Shown one piece after another: positions 1 through 15,000 of a stretch of 64,000 nucleotides of DNA. A model generated the notes under the pieces. That model was given only the letters and a program-made list of their open reading frames with translations, did no database searches and was not told the origin of the DNA. Numbering within the stretch: position 1 is the first letter of the stretch; every line of letters begins with the position of its first letter. Origin of the DNA: Trichoplax sp. H2. Lineage: Eukaryota. The DNA is taken from assembly GCA_003344405.1 (NCBI GenBank), contig NOWV01000021.1, forward strand, positions 186,001 through 250,000, in the 5' to 3' direction. The position numbers and the translations under genes are program-made.

Positions 1-3000
1 ATATCAGTTTGAGGTTAATAAAAAAGTTTCTGAAGGAAGCGCAATTGCAGCAGTGCATGCAATTGATCCAGATGGCTCTGGCACAGGTAATTTAATCATA
101 ACTAAGTTCTAGCAACTTTGCAACTTTACTATGAATGATGCCAATTTTATTGCTACGCTTACATAGACATAAAACTAATTACTTACCTACTCATTACTAT
201 TATGCTTCTATATTATCATTTTACACCTTAATTACTCCGAGAGTAGCGTGTAAATTTAGTTCTTTTTATTCCGCCACTTGTGCTTATATACTTTCATTAA
301 TAGCAATATGCCATTATGATAGGCAAATGTTACTAGGAAAAGTTAATTTCGGAACAATGATCTAGATTATCTTATTTTTCATAGTGGTAAATTCCTATGC
401 TTCCATTTAAGAGTTACAGAAGGATTACATATTAACATATATAGTATATATATCGTTCATATATTTGCAAATTTCACTAGCTATATTTAGAACAATGATC
501 TAGGCTATAGTAATTCCATAGTAGTAAATTTTTACGCTTCCACTTTAAGAGTAACAGAAGGATTACTTGTTAACATACACATTGTACAAGTAAGCATGCA
601 TGCAAACTACACTAGCTATATCTAAGGTAATGATCTAGGCTATATTATTTCACATAATAAACTCTTACACATACATATAAAGAATTACGAAACGGTTACA
701 TGTTGGAATTTAAATAATTATACGCGAACTTCACTAGCTATATTTTGGGCTAGGATCTAGGCTATGCTATTTTACATAGTAAATTCTTACACATTCATGT
801 TAAGAGTTTCAGAACAATTTCATATAAATAGTATACACTGTTTACCGTACTCATCTAATTTTACCTTGCAATTATAATTACTTATTCTTACAATACTGTG
901 TATATCAGTTACTACAGATATGAACGTTACTATTATCAAGGAGCTAATATTTAAAATCCCCTATTTAAAATATATATATGCGATTATTGTGAGATATTCT
1001 TGGCATTTATGATTATAAAATTTTATTACATTAATTCTATGTTAATGCTTTCGCTCTTATAATCACAAGGTTGTTGGAGTGTTGTGAGTTATTCTTTCGT
1101 TAATGAACCTCAAGTCTTCCCTTTTTCCATCAATTCTACTACTGGTAGTATTACTACTACCATGCCATTATCAAGTATATCCAACACATTCTATCAAGTC
1201 AATGCTACCGCTCAAGATTGTACAAATTTAACAGATATTGCCTTAGTGAACATTTCTATTGTCAATACCAATGATTATCCACCTGTTTTTAATTCCAGTC
1301 TCTATCGGCAACTCGTTACAAATACTCTTCCCATAGGATCATCTGTTATACAAGTCATGGCTACAGATAAAGACTTAAATCAGTTTGGAAAAGTATCTTA
1401 TTCTATCTTGAATCAGACTAATTTATTTGCTATTCATTCAGCCACTGGTATAATATCCACGGCATCGAGCTTACGATTGATCGTTGAAAATATCACTCTT
1501 ACTATTTTAGCACAAGATGGTGGAAGTCCACCCTTCAATACAACTGCTTTAGTCGATCTGAATATATATAATCCATGTCAAGATGTTTCTTTGTGGATTT
1601 TGCCGCCTTATAATACAACATTAGATCCATCTGTTAGTTCTGTTGGTTCGTTAGTAATAGCCATTAACGGCTCTGTTCAAGATCCAAGACAAAATCAGGC
1701 GGTAAACGAGATTATTATGTTCTATCAGATAATGGCTGGTAATAATGATGGTCTTTTTGAGATCAACGGGCAAACCGGTATCGTTCGATTGGCTAAAGAT
1801 TTACAGCAATCTGATTTTGGTAAAACTAGAACTTTAACTATCTCGCTTTCCAATAATGGCAGTTGTTCTGTACCTATTACTACGAGCGATGTTAGTATTA
1901 ATATTAATTATGAGATTACTACGTCCAAAAACTTTGCTTCATCAGTTCAGCTAGCATTTTCATCGCCTGAAACATCAATCTTGGACTCCACAGTTAGCAG
2001 TGTGAAACATTCTTCCTTCAACATTCTATCCCCAGAATTATCCCTTCAATTTACTCCCACTTCCATTTCATTCGATATTGCTCTTGCATCATCGACTACA
2101 CTTCAAGAATTACTTTCTTCAACACCAATTTTTTACTCCTCAGGCAATAGCATGATATATTCTTCCGATGATAGCTTATTATCAGAAACATCTTTTCAAG
2201 TTAGTTCTACATCGATAGCATCTTCCACACTCGAAATAGAAGCAATACCTTCAAGTCAAAAAATATCTTCGCTGCCATTAGCAAGCAATGCTTTAGAATC
2301 GAACTTACTTTCATCAGATCAAGACCTGGTCAGTTCTTTTAGCAAAGCAATATCATCATCATTTATTGCCAATATAGTATCATCTGTTAGCTCAAACGAA
2401 TTGAACGATGTGTCTTTATCGGTTGAGATATCTTCAAAAAATCTAGAAGCTGATGAAAGTGGAACATTTGCCCCTGCTTCGGTGATAGACGATAGCAGTC
2501 TATCTTTACAAGAACTTTCATCATCATTGCCAACACTTGGTTCAAGTTCATTAAGGCTATCATTGGAGATCTCTACGCTCGAGTCAGAAATCAAATATCT
2601 TATTTCAAGTTCGCTCTTACAGCTTGTGAGCATAACGGTTTATAATTCATTGCAACCTGACATCCCACAAAGTGAATCTATTAATATGAATAGCTCTACT
2701 GATGAACTTAATCTTTCCATGCTAAAGACTTCAGAATACCATCCATTGAGTGATGTGCAATCAGATTTATTTGCTAGTGAGATTACTCACTCAGTCAAGC
2801 CTGAAAATGTCTATAATATAAGCAAAAGCAGTCAAATATTTCAAGAATCTACTCAATTACTTGATATATCAGCTTCGGCAGTGGTGGGAGAAGATACTAG
2901 TGGTATAAGTGATTTAAAGCTATCCAGGATTATATCGTCATCGCTAGACTTTTCGACCTTCAAGCCAGAAAATAAATCCTCTTTTGCAGATCAAGTTATA

Positions 3001-6000
3001 CAGCCAGTGAGTACAAGTGCTTATAATTTATTACAATCTGAATATTTGCAAAGTGGACCTAACATCGTCAGCTCAAGTAATGAGCTCGATCTATCTATAA
3101 TACAATATTCGGAAAGCTTTCAATTAAATTCTCGCTCGCAATCTGATCTATTTGTTAGCGATAATACGTCTTCAGTAGTGACTAGCTATTTTTATAGTAT
3201 AAGTAATATTAGTACAACAGTTGAAGAATCTAGTCAACAACTTGATGTGTCAGCGTCGACTGCGGTGGGAGAAAGTATTGGTAGTACAAGCGATTTAGAT
3301 ATATCTAGTAAAATATCGTCGTCGTCAGTCTTCTCGGTCTTTACATCTCAAATCGAATCTTCTACAGATCAAATTATACAGCCAGTAAATACAACTGATT
3401 ATAATCCTACACAATCTAGTATTACAAGCTCAATCGGCGAGCTCGATCAATCTGTACTAAATTCAGAATATATACTGTTAAGCGATATTCTATCTTATCC
3501 ATTGACTAGTAATATTGCTATCGATATCACATCTTCAATAGCGATTGATAATCTCTCTAGTATAAGCAATAGTAGCCAACTAGTTGAAGAATCTAGTCAA
3601 CAACTTGATGTGTCAGCGTCGACTGCGGTGGGAGAAAGTATTGGTAGTACAAACGATTTAGATATATCTAGTAAAATATCGTCGTCGCCGGTCTTCTCGG
3701 TCTTTACATCTCAAATCGAATCTTCTACAGATCAAATTATACAGCCAGTAAATACAACTGATTATAATCCTACACAATCTAGTATTACAAGCTTAATCGG
3801 CGAACTTGATCAATCTGTAGTTAAAGAATCTAGTCAACAACTTGATGTGTCAGCGTCGACTGCGATGGGAGAAAGTATTGGTAGTACAAGCGATTTAGAT
3901 ATATCTAGTAAAATATCGTCGTCGTCGGTCTTCTCGATCTTTACATCTCAAATCGAATCTTCTACAGATCAAATTATACAGCCAGTAAATACAACTGATT
4001 ATAATCCTACACAATCTAGTATTACAAGCTCAATCGGCGAACTCGATCAATCTGTACTAAATTCAGAATATATACCGTTAAGCGATATTCTATCTTATCC
4101 ATTGACTAGTAATATTGCTATCGATATCACATCTTCAATAGCGATTGATAATCTCTCTAGTATAAGCAATAGTAGCCAACTAGTTGAAGAATCTAGTCAA
4201 CAACTTGATGTGTCAGCGTCGACTGCGGTGGGAGAAAGTATTGGTAGTACAAGCGATTTAGATATATCTAGTAAAATATCGTCGTCGCCGGTCTTCTCTG
4301 TCTTTACATCTCAAATCGAATCTTCTACAGATCAAATTATACAGCCAGTAAATACAACTGATTATAATCCTACACAATCTAGTATTACAAGCTTAATCGG
4401 CGAGCTCGATCAATCTGTACTAAATTCAGAATATATACCGTTAAGCGATATTCTATCTTATCCATTGACTAGTAATATTGCTATCGATATCACATCTTCA
4501 ATAGCGATTGATAATCTCTCTAGTATAAGCAATAGTAGCCAACTAGTTGAAGAATCTAGTCAACAACTTGATGTGTCAGCGTCGACTGCGGTGGGAGAAA
4601 GTATTGGTAGTACAAGCGATTTAGATATATCTATTAAAATATCGTCGTCGTCAGTCTTCTCGGTCTTTACATCTCAAATCGAATCTTCTACAGATCAAGT
4701 TATACCACCAATGAGTACACATACTAATAATTTATTACAATCTAAAAGTTTTCAAGGAGGATCCAACATCATTAGCTTAACTGATGATTTATCTATACAA
4801 AATTCAGGAAATTTTCAGTTTGATTCACTTACTATCGACAGAACGTATTCAATATTGATCGATAATTCCTACGATATCAGTAATAGTAGTCAAATACTTA
4901 AAGAATCGAGTCATTCACTTGATATATCAGCTTCAACAGTGGTAATTGAAAGTATTGGTGGCACAAGTGATTTAGATGTCGCTATTAACAATTCATCACC
5001 GTCAGAAATCTCGGCTTTCAAGCCCCAAATCCATTCTTCTGCGATAGATCAAGTTATATTGCCAGTGAGTACAACTATTTATAGTTTATTGCAATCTAAC
5101 AGTTTACAAGGTGGATCCAATATCGTTAGCTCACATTACGAGCTCAATCCATCCATGCTCGTAAGTTTAGAAAATGTTCCATTAAGTGATACTCAATCTG
5201 ATTTACTTGTTAGTGATATCACATTTCCATTAGTAACTAACAATTCCTACAGTACAAGTAGAATTAATAGTAGTCAAGTATTTCAAGAATCTAGCCAAAT
5301 ATTTGACAGATCGACTTCGACAGTGGTAGGAGAAAGAAATAATGGTAGTTCAAGTGATTTAAATGTGGCTGTTTATAATTCATCATCGTTAGACATCTCA
5401 ATATTCAAGCCACAAATCAAATCATCTACTGCCTATCAAATCACTCTACCAGTAGCCACTACAACAACGATCATAACTAATTATAATTCATTACAATCTG
5501 ACAGATCGCAACATGAGTCTAGCATCGTTAGCATAACTCAAGACCTTCATCCATCGACATTACCTAACTACTCTCAACTAAGCGATACTCAAACTAATTT
5601 GTATTATAACTCATTACAATCTGACAGACCGCAAACTGAATTTAACGTCGTTAACATTACTGAAGACATCCATTCATCGACACTACCTAACAACTTTCAA
5701 CTAAGCGATACTCAAACTAATTTGTATTACAATTCATTACAATCTGATAGATCACAAAGTGAATCGAACATCGTTAGCATAACTGAAGACCTTCATTCAT
5801 CAACATTGCCTAGTTTAAATTACTTTCAAGTAAGCAATACTCAAACTGATTTGTATTATAATTCATTACAAACTGAGAAATCACAAAGTGAATCTAACAC
5901 CATTAGCACTGCTGCAGACCACTATCCATCAATGTTACCTAATTCAGACTACTTTCAACTAGTTGATACTCAAACTGATTCGTATGTTAGTAACATGGAG

Positions 6001-9000
6001 TATTCATTTAAGACTAGCCATTTATACAGTATAAGTAAGAGCAATCAAATACTTCAAGAATCTAGTCAATCATTTGGCAGTTCGATGACGATAGTACTGG
6101 GAGAAAGTATTGGTAGAACAAGTGATTTAAGTAGGGCCATCTACAAATCATCATCGCCAGAGGTCTCGACTTTCAAGCAACAAATCAAATCTTCTACTAT
6201 AGATCAGTTTATTTCACTAGTGACCATAACACAAACGGTTAAAGCTACTTACAAAACACTACAGTCTGATATTTTACAAAGTACATTTGATATTATTAGC
6301 TCCACTGATGAGCTAAATCCATCAATATCGCCAAGTTCAGGCAACTATCAATTACTCGTAAGTGATGCTCAATCTAATTTATTTTCCATTGATATCCAGC
6401 ATTCCTTAGTGACTAATAGCTTCTATAGTAAAAGTGATAGTATTCAAACATTTAGAGAATCTAGGCCATCATTTAACGTATCGACTTCATCAGTGATGGA
6501 AGTAAGCACTGGTACTACAAGTGATTCTGATTTAGCTACTAGCAATTCATTATCGTCAGAGATCTCGACTTCAAAGCCACAAATCAAATCTTCTACTACA
6601 GATCAAATCATCCTGCCAGCGACCACAACTACTTATAGTGTTATGCAGTTGAATAGTTTACAAGGTGGATCTAACATTATTAGCTCAGCTGATGAACTTT
6701 ACGCATCTATATTGCTAAATTCAGACAACTTCCAAGTTAGCGATATTCAATCTGATTTGCAAGTTAGTCGTATCACACACTCACTATTAACTAGCTATTT
6801 CCATAGTACAAACAAGAATAATCAAATAGTTCAAGAATCTAGTCAATCATTTAACATATCAGCTTCATCAGTGATGGAAGAAAGTATTGGTAGTACAAGC
6901 GATTTAGATATAGCTACTAATAAATCATCATCGTCAGACATCTCGACTTCTAAGCCACAGATCAAATCTTCTTCTACAGATCAAATCATCCTGCCTGCGA
7001 CAACAACTACGTATAATGTTATGCAATCTAATAGTCTACGAGATGAATTTAACATTATTAGCTCAGCTGATGAGTTCAACCAATCTATATTGCAAAATTC
7101 GGAAAACTTTCAATTAAGCGATATTCAATCTAATTTACAAGTTAGTAGCATCACACACTCACTATTGACTAGCCATTTTTATAGTACAAATAAGGATAAT
7201 CAAATAGTTCAAGAATCTCGTCAATCTTTGAGCATAACAGCTTCATCAGTGATGGGAGAAAATGTCGGTAGTACAAGTGGTTTAGCCATTAACAACTCAT
7301 CATCGTCAGGGATCTCGACTTTCAAGTCATACTTAAAATCTTCTAATATAGATCAAGATATTCCGCCAGCAACCATGACTACTTATAATTCATTACAATC
7401 TGACATCGTTAACTCAACTGATAACCTTGATCTGTCGAGATTAGCTGATTCAAGTAACTTTCATTTAAGCGATACTCTATCTAGGTTGTATGTCAGTAGC
7501 ATAGCACAATCGTCTGTGATCAGCAATTCCGATAGGATAGGCAATAGTGATCAAATATTTAGAGAGTCTATTCAATCATTCGACTTCTTGACTACGTCAG
7601 TGGTGATAGAGAATATTGGTTGGACAAGTAATTTAGGTGTAGTCATGAATAACTCATCGCCAAAAGTATCAACTTTCAAGCAAACATTCAAATCCTTTAC
7701 TACAGATCAAGTCCTTCCACCAGCAATCACCACAATTTATAATTCATGGCAATCTGATATCATTAAGTCAACTGACAGTCTTGGTTCATTGATACTGACT
7801 AATTCAAATAACTTTCAATTGAGCGATACTCAATCTAGTTTGTACCTTAGTAACATGGTGCAATCAGTGACTAGCGATTTCCATAGCATAAGGAATAGTA
7901 TCCACATATTTACAGAATCTGGTCAATCATTTGGCATATCGGCTTCATCAGTGATGGGAGAGAGTATTGGTAGCTCAACTGATTTAGATATAGCTGTTAA
8001 TAATTCATCACCGTCAGGGATCTCGACTTTCAAACAACACATGAAATCTTCGATAGATCAAGTCATTCCATCGACGGTCACGGCTGCTTATAACTTATTG
8101 CAATCTAACATCGTAAATTCAATAATTGACAATCTTGATCCATTATTTAATTCAAACAATTTTCAATTAAGCAGTACTCAATCTAGCTTTTATGTTAATA
8201 ACATGGTGCAATCATCCGTGACTAGCAATTTTTACAGTATAAGTAATAATGATCTAATTTCTAGTGAATCTATTTATTCACTGGACATATCGACTTCACC
8301 AGTGATGAGAAAAAGTATTGTTAGAACAAGTAATTTAGATATCACCAATTACAATTCATCATCGCCAGAAATCTCGACTTTTAAGCCACATATAAAATCT
8401 TCTACAGATCAAGTCATTCCACTTGCAACCACAACTATTTACAATGCTAGGCAAACTAATAGTTTACAAGGTGGACTCAACATCATTAGTTCAGTTGATG
8501 AGTCTAATCCATCCATTCTATCAAATTCGAAACACTTTCAATCAAGCTATACTCAATCTGATTTGTATATTAGTAATGTCGTGCATTCGCCAGTAACTAA
8601 TAATTTATACAGTATCAATAGCAGTAAATCAATATTTAGAGAATCCATTCTGTCATTTGACATATCGACTTCATCAGTGATGAGAGAAAATATCGGTAGT
8701 ACAAGCGATTTAACCATTAACAACTCGTCATCGTCTGAAATCTCTACTTCCAAGGTACTCATAAAATCTTCTGCTACAGATCAAATCATCTCGACAGCGA
8801 CAACAACTACTTATAACGTAGCACAATCTGATAATTTACAAAATGGATCTAACATTGTTAGCTCAATTTATGAGCTCAATCCATCTATTTCACCAAATTC
8901 AGACAATATTCAATTAAGCGATACTCTATCTTATTTACAGGTTAGTAGTATCACATACTCGCTAACAACTAGCAATTTCTATAGTGCAAGTAAAAACAAT

Positions 9001-12000
9001 CCAATAGTTCAAGAATCTAGTAAATCATTTGTGATAATGACTTCATCAGTGATATGAGAGAATATCGGTAGTACAAGCGATTTAGCTATTAACAACCCGT
9101 CATCGTCTGAAATCTTTACTTCCAAGGTACACATAAAATCTTCTACTATAGATCAAACCATCTCATCATCAATCAAAACTACGTATAACACAGTGCTATC
9201 TGACAATTCACAAGGTGAATTTAGTATTATTAGTTCAATTTATGAGTTAAATCCATCTATATTACTACATTCAGACAATATTCAATTAAGCGATGCTCAA
9301 TCTAATTTGTAAATTAGTACTGTTACGTATTCGTTAGCGACTAGCAATTTCTTTAGTACAAACAAGAATAATTCAGCAGTTCAAGAGTCTGATTAATCAT
9401 TTGATATTCGGTTCATCATTGATCGGAGAAAATATCGGTATTACAAGCAATTTAACCACTAAAAACTCATCATTAAGGATTTCAACTTTCAAGACATAAA
9501 TTAAATCTTCTAGAACAGATCAAATTTTCCCTTCAGCGATTATAATTGCTTATAATACAATAAAATCCGATAATTTACAAAGTAGATCTAGCTTCAGTAG
9601 TTTATCTGTTAAGCTCAATCCATCTATATTGCCAAATTCAGACAGCTTTCAATTAAGCGATTCTCAATCTGACTCACAAGATAGTGATATTGTGCACACA
9701 TTAACGACTAGCGATTTCTATAGTATAAGCAGAATCAAATAGTTCAAGAATCTAGTAAATAATTTGACATCTTGACTTCATCAGTGATAGGAGAAAATAC
9801 TGGTAGTACAAACGATTTAGCCATTAATATCTCATCACCGTTAGAGATCTCGACTATTAAGCTACATATAAAATCTTCTACTACAGATCAATCAATTCAT
9901 CTCGCCAGCAACTACAAACACTTATAGCATAGTACAATCTGACAATTTACAAAATGAACCCAATATCATTAGGTCGACCGCTAAGCTCAACCCATCTACT
10001 TGTATTAGAGAACCAAATCTATTTCTTTCATCTAGCATTGAATTCTTTACAACTTGACTTGTTAGCAAGTTTGACGGATAAATATGCTATTGCAATACTC
10101 TCTAGACAATTACTGTCAGTTTCTACTTCTGTAATCCTTCGCGAATTTATCGACGGTATGACTACTTATGACATCACTCTTAGCGATAGAATTGTAGCAT
10201 TTAGCAGTTTATCACTCAAATATATTTATAGCACAACATTCACTATAGAAAATCAAAATTTTAATCCCAGATCTTCCTTTAGCTTGCAATACAAGCTATT
10301 TCTGTTCGGGCTGTTTCGGTTTCCTATACTTCAGTAATAGCTAGCGATATTTTAGTATCAGACAAACAGTATTTATCGATAGGATCATCGCATTTAACTA
10401 CGTCTAGCGGCATAGCTAAGTCATTATCATTTATAAATCAATCTAGTCTTCAATTAACTATGATTTAAGATAAAAATTCTATCTAAAACACTAATTCTTC
10501 AACTCTATTTCAGTCTATTCCATCCGGGGTGACTTCATCCATCGATATTGCCGCGACTCAAGCGGATACAACAGCACCCTATATATCTTCGCTGGATGCA
10601 AGTACAAATAGCAACATGGGGCAAAAATCAACTGGCTATTCGATGATATCTCCTCAATTAGAATCCTCTACAGATTTATACACACATATAGGGGAAACAA
10701 GCGATCAGCTTTCTACAACATACTTCATCCCTACGGAAGGAATAGGATATAGCTTAAGCGATGGATTTACATTTGCAACCGTAGCTAGTAGCCAAAATCG
10801 TAACCCAATTAGCATATCGAATACTAATAGTGAGCAAAATTCAATCGAATATCCAACGATATCTCTTCTATCACAATCATCTGCGAATTTACAAACATTT
10901 ACTGGAAAGACAAGCAATCAGCTTTCTACAACATACTCCAGCTCTGCAGAAGGATTAGGATATAGCTTAAGCGATGGATTTACATTTGTAACCGTAGCTA
11001 GTAGCCAAAATCGTAACCCAATTAGCAAATCGAATACTAATAGTGAGCAAAATTCAATCGAATATCCAACGATATCTCTTCTATCACAATCATCTGCGAA
11101 TTTACAAACATTTACTGGAAAGATAAGCAATCAGCTTTCTACAACATACTCCAGCTCTGCAGAAGGATTAGGATATAGCTTAAGCGATGGATTTACATTT
11201 GTAACCGTAGCTAGTAGCCAAAATCGTAACCCAATTAGCATATCGAATACTAATAGTGAGCAAAATTCAATCGAATATCCAACGATATCTCTTCTATCAC
11301 AATCATCTGCGAATTTACAAACATTTACTGGAAAGATAAGCAATCAGCTTTCTACAACATACTCCAGCTCTGCAGAAGGATTAGGATATAGCTTAAGCGA
11401 TGGATTTACATTTGTAACCGTAGCTAGTAGCCAAAATCGTAACCCTATTAGCATATCGAATACTAATAGTGAGCAAAATTCAATCGAATATCCAACTATA
11501 TCTCTTCTATCACAATCATCTGCGAATTTACAAACATTTACTGGAAAGACAAGCAATCAGCTTTCTACAACATACTCCAGCTCTGCAGAAGGATTAGGAT
11601 ATAGCTTAAGCGATGGATTTACATTTGTAACCGTAGCTAGTAGCCAAAATCGTAACCCAATTAGCATATCGAATACTAATAGTGAGCAAAATTCAATCGA
11701 ATATCCAACGATATCTCTTCTATCACAATCATCTGCGAATTTACAAACATTTACTGGAAAGACAAGCAATCAGCTTTCTACAACATACTCCAGCTCTGCA
11801 GAAGGATTAGGATATAGCTTAAGCGATGGATTTACATTTGCAACCGTAGCTAGTAGCCAAAATCGTAACCCAATTAGCATATCGAATACTAATAGTGAGC
11901 AAAATTCAATCGAATATCCAACGATATCTCTTCTATCACAATCATCTGCGAATTTACAAACATTTACTGGAAAGACAAGCAATCAGCTTTCTACAACATA

Positions 12001-15000
12001 CTCCAGCTCTGCAGAAGGATTAGGATATAGCTCAAGCGAGGAAACTGTATTCCTAACAGTAACCAGTAGCCAAAACCGTTATTCAACTAGCGCGTTATTC
12101 AGTATAATGGATTCGCATTCAGTAAACTCATTTTTGATACCTGAGCAAACTGGCTCAACAGCAATACAGGAGATATTAACATCTACAAAGAATGCACTAC
12201 TAAATCCAACCGATAGCGGCAGCATCTATACTTCTATACTAAGTGTAAAATCAATTCCAACGTTATCTTCTACCTCAAGTCCCTCTATATCTGTTCATAC
12301 TTTAAATGATCAATTCACAATTGATTATGCTAGCTCGATTGAGGCTACTTCTGCTACTCCCAACTACTTTCATGATTCATCATCAGCCTTTAACAATAGC
12401 CAAACGACTATTTATCCGACAAATTCAACATTAGTCACACCATCTGTTATTAATACTACTTCAATAGCAATCACGATTGAATTACCAGCTACCTTTAACG
12501 CTAATAATATTCAGCTTATAGTCATCCTATGCTCAGGTACTTCCAATAATCCATCGCAAAATCAACCATGTCAAGGCACGAATATTTCGACGACTGTGCA
12601 ATTTCAAATCTTACCTAATCAAGTTATACAAATTAATAATTTAAATCCAAACACGGTTTACAGCATTCAAGTACGCTCTGGCCAACATGTCACTGCATGG
12701 CTAGTTCGTAGAACATTAGGCTCTGGTAAGTTTAAATATAGGATGATAATTTTATAAGTATCAATTTCGCTCAATCTACGCAATATACACTAAACAATGT
12801 CCTGTGTTTTGTGACATAATCTAGCCCCAGCTGGAATTTCATTACCCACTTGGCGAGCTGATTTCAGCAGTCAATGTATCCAATTTAACTGGACTCAGCC
12901 GCGTGAATCTGGGGACGATACGGTTTCTTATAGATTGAATATTAATGGTCTAGAAACCTCACTTTTGACTCAAAAATATTATCAATATTGCAGCCAGTTC
13001 GGAGACAAAATTATTTATTATTTAACGGCTCTAAACAGGTATAGTAACAAATAGTAAGATGAAGTGGATGGTATGCTCGAATATTTAAAATGTTGAAGTA
13101 TTCTAGTTTTCATTTAAACGGCTCTATAAGGATAAGAAGATTAATGCTTAAGTTGAAATTTTTTCTCCATTTTTCTTACTGATTTCTATTCACAGATTTG
13201 GTAATACTGATAGTTCCATCGCCATAATTTATATTCCAGGTCAGTATTATCGTACATGAACGATTAGTAAAAAGCATCAATTATATTAGCATACGTCCTT
13301 ATTTATAATGGTATAATGGATAAAAAGTATCATAATGAGTAAAAGTTTTTGTTTTGTAAGCATAAAGAAAGATTATAAAGCGTGTATAGATTGAATTTAC
13401 AGCATTGTAATAAATTCTTGCTTGGTCATAATATATGGTACCCACAGAAAAGTTGCATGAATAATGATTACGATTCTACAATAAATTTTAGCAAAGTACA
13501 AAACTGTAATAACATTCGTCGTAATTTTCTTGCCGTAAAATGCGTAGAACTAAACCAATAAATACATTACTATATAGTTTATGTAGATAGTAGTAAGGTA
13601 TTAATAACTTTAATAATTAATTTGTAAAAACATTTCCAATAATAATCCTGATAGTAGATTAGGATACGTATTGTTTATTATAATACGTATAATTTCTAAC
13701 AGTATCATTCCATAAGCATAGAGGACTAGACGGAGATAATTTTATCTTGATAAACATAATCTATATTGGACCTTTTGGCACAATATTAACTGTCTTATTA
13801 ATATCTCGATATAGCTGTAACTAATGCCTCTAGGGTATAATCCAACTTTAACTTAGTTTTTATCGTTATAAATCTATTCATTCCAATAGGTCTTAGTACA
13901 ATAACATTTAGTAGTAATCCTACATCAACGTTTCTATAAAGGAATTTACATCACTAATCTTACAGATTTCAGTAAGGCTATAAAACATTATTATCAAACC
14001 TTTATAGGGTTTAAAATCAAAGATATCTCATTTTTTCTCTCTCTTTAGTATAAGTAAATCGAATTATTTTTGATTCCTTCTTATTGTCCATAATATGACA
14101 TGCAGGCTCATTCACTGAATACACATAAACAAAAGTCTCCCTTATTTCCCTGACATAAGTTATCATAACCGTCTTTAATATAACATTATTTATTTAGTTT
14201 CTACGGCAATTAATTATTTAAAACTAATCAATGTAAATCACTTTGTAAGTAATAATCATAACAAAGATTGTATATCAGCCATGAATAATATTGTAAAACG
14301 CTCATTATGTTTTCGATCCTTGTCTTGACACTTCTTCGTAAAAGTGCTAATATTTACTGCGAATCTATGGTTACGGTAGTTTATCCTTTCTAGCGTATAT
14401 TAACCACCTGAATAGGATCATGAATTTTAAGATACAATTTCGTAACAGCGTTTACTATTGACAATATGTTCTATCAATATGTTCCAAACTCATTACGGCC
14501 AACAATATCTAGACAAATTTTCAATATTTATCTTAATTTACAAGTGCAATACGTCGTGGATCATTTACAATAATCTAATCACCCATATCGAGCAGTGCAT
14601 TAATTTATACATGTGCCAATATTGAGTAGGCATGGAAAAACTTTACTTGAAAACATTCGTTTTTAGTTACCATTTAAACTTCGCCCAAGTGTGCCATGTA
14701 CTAATTTGTTAATTATTAACTGTAAATATACAACATATATAACTTGTTAGTTATCAAGTATACGTTACCTAAACTCAGGGCTCTGATCGATTTTATATTA
14801 AAGTTTAAGTATACAATAGAGCATTTTTTGTACGTAGATATATCATTAATACTTTTGAAAAGGCTTGTACGCTTGCTTCTAGACTTTATTAATATCACTG
14901 ACGGAATATTTGCTTTGACATTAAGCGCTACGAATAGCACGCTAAAATCAATTTAAAATACGCATATTAGCAATTTGCCATACACACCACGGTTATATCA

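Larger units (their letters stand above)
2840..9990 (+). repeat. Diverged ~120-128-aa repeat array (QESSQSFDISASSVMGESIGSTSDL..SSTDQ..), continuing as decayed copies after 9057
   Basis: The motif GAATCTAGTCAA...GGTAGTACAAGCGATTTA recurs through the ORF and beyond its stop (9061, ~9430, ~9800). Confidence 0.9.

Noticed and set aside
2319..8762. Minus-strand ORFs 2319-2633 and 8553-8762
   Set aside because: Antisense to the long coding exon, with no independent motifs.
9954..10337. 127-aa ORF in the decayed region
   Set aside because: Off-frame reading of degenerate stalk sequence; no domain or supporting splice context.
10705..11982. Six tandem 70-aa minus-strand ORFs resembling a gene array or CRISPR-like repeat
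   Set aside because: Antisense shadow of the 213-bp coding repeat; no unique spacers and non-ATG starts.
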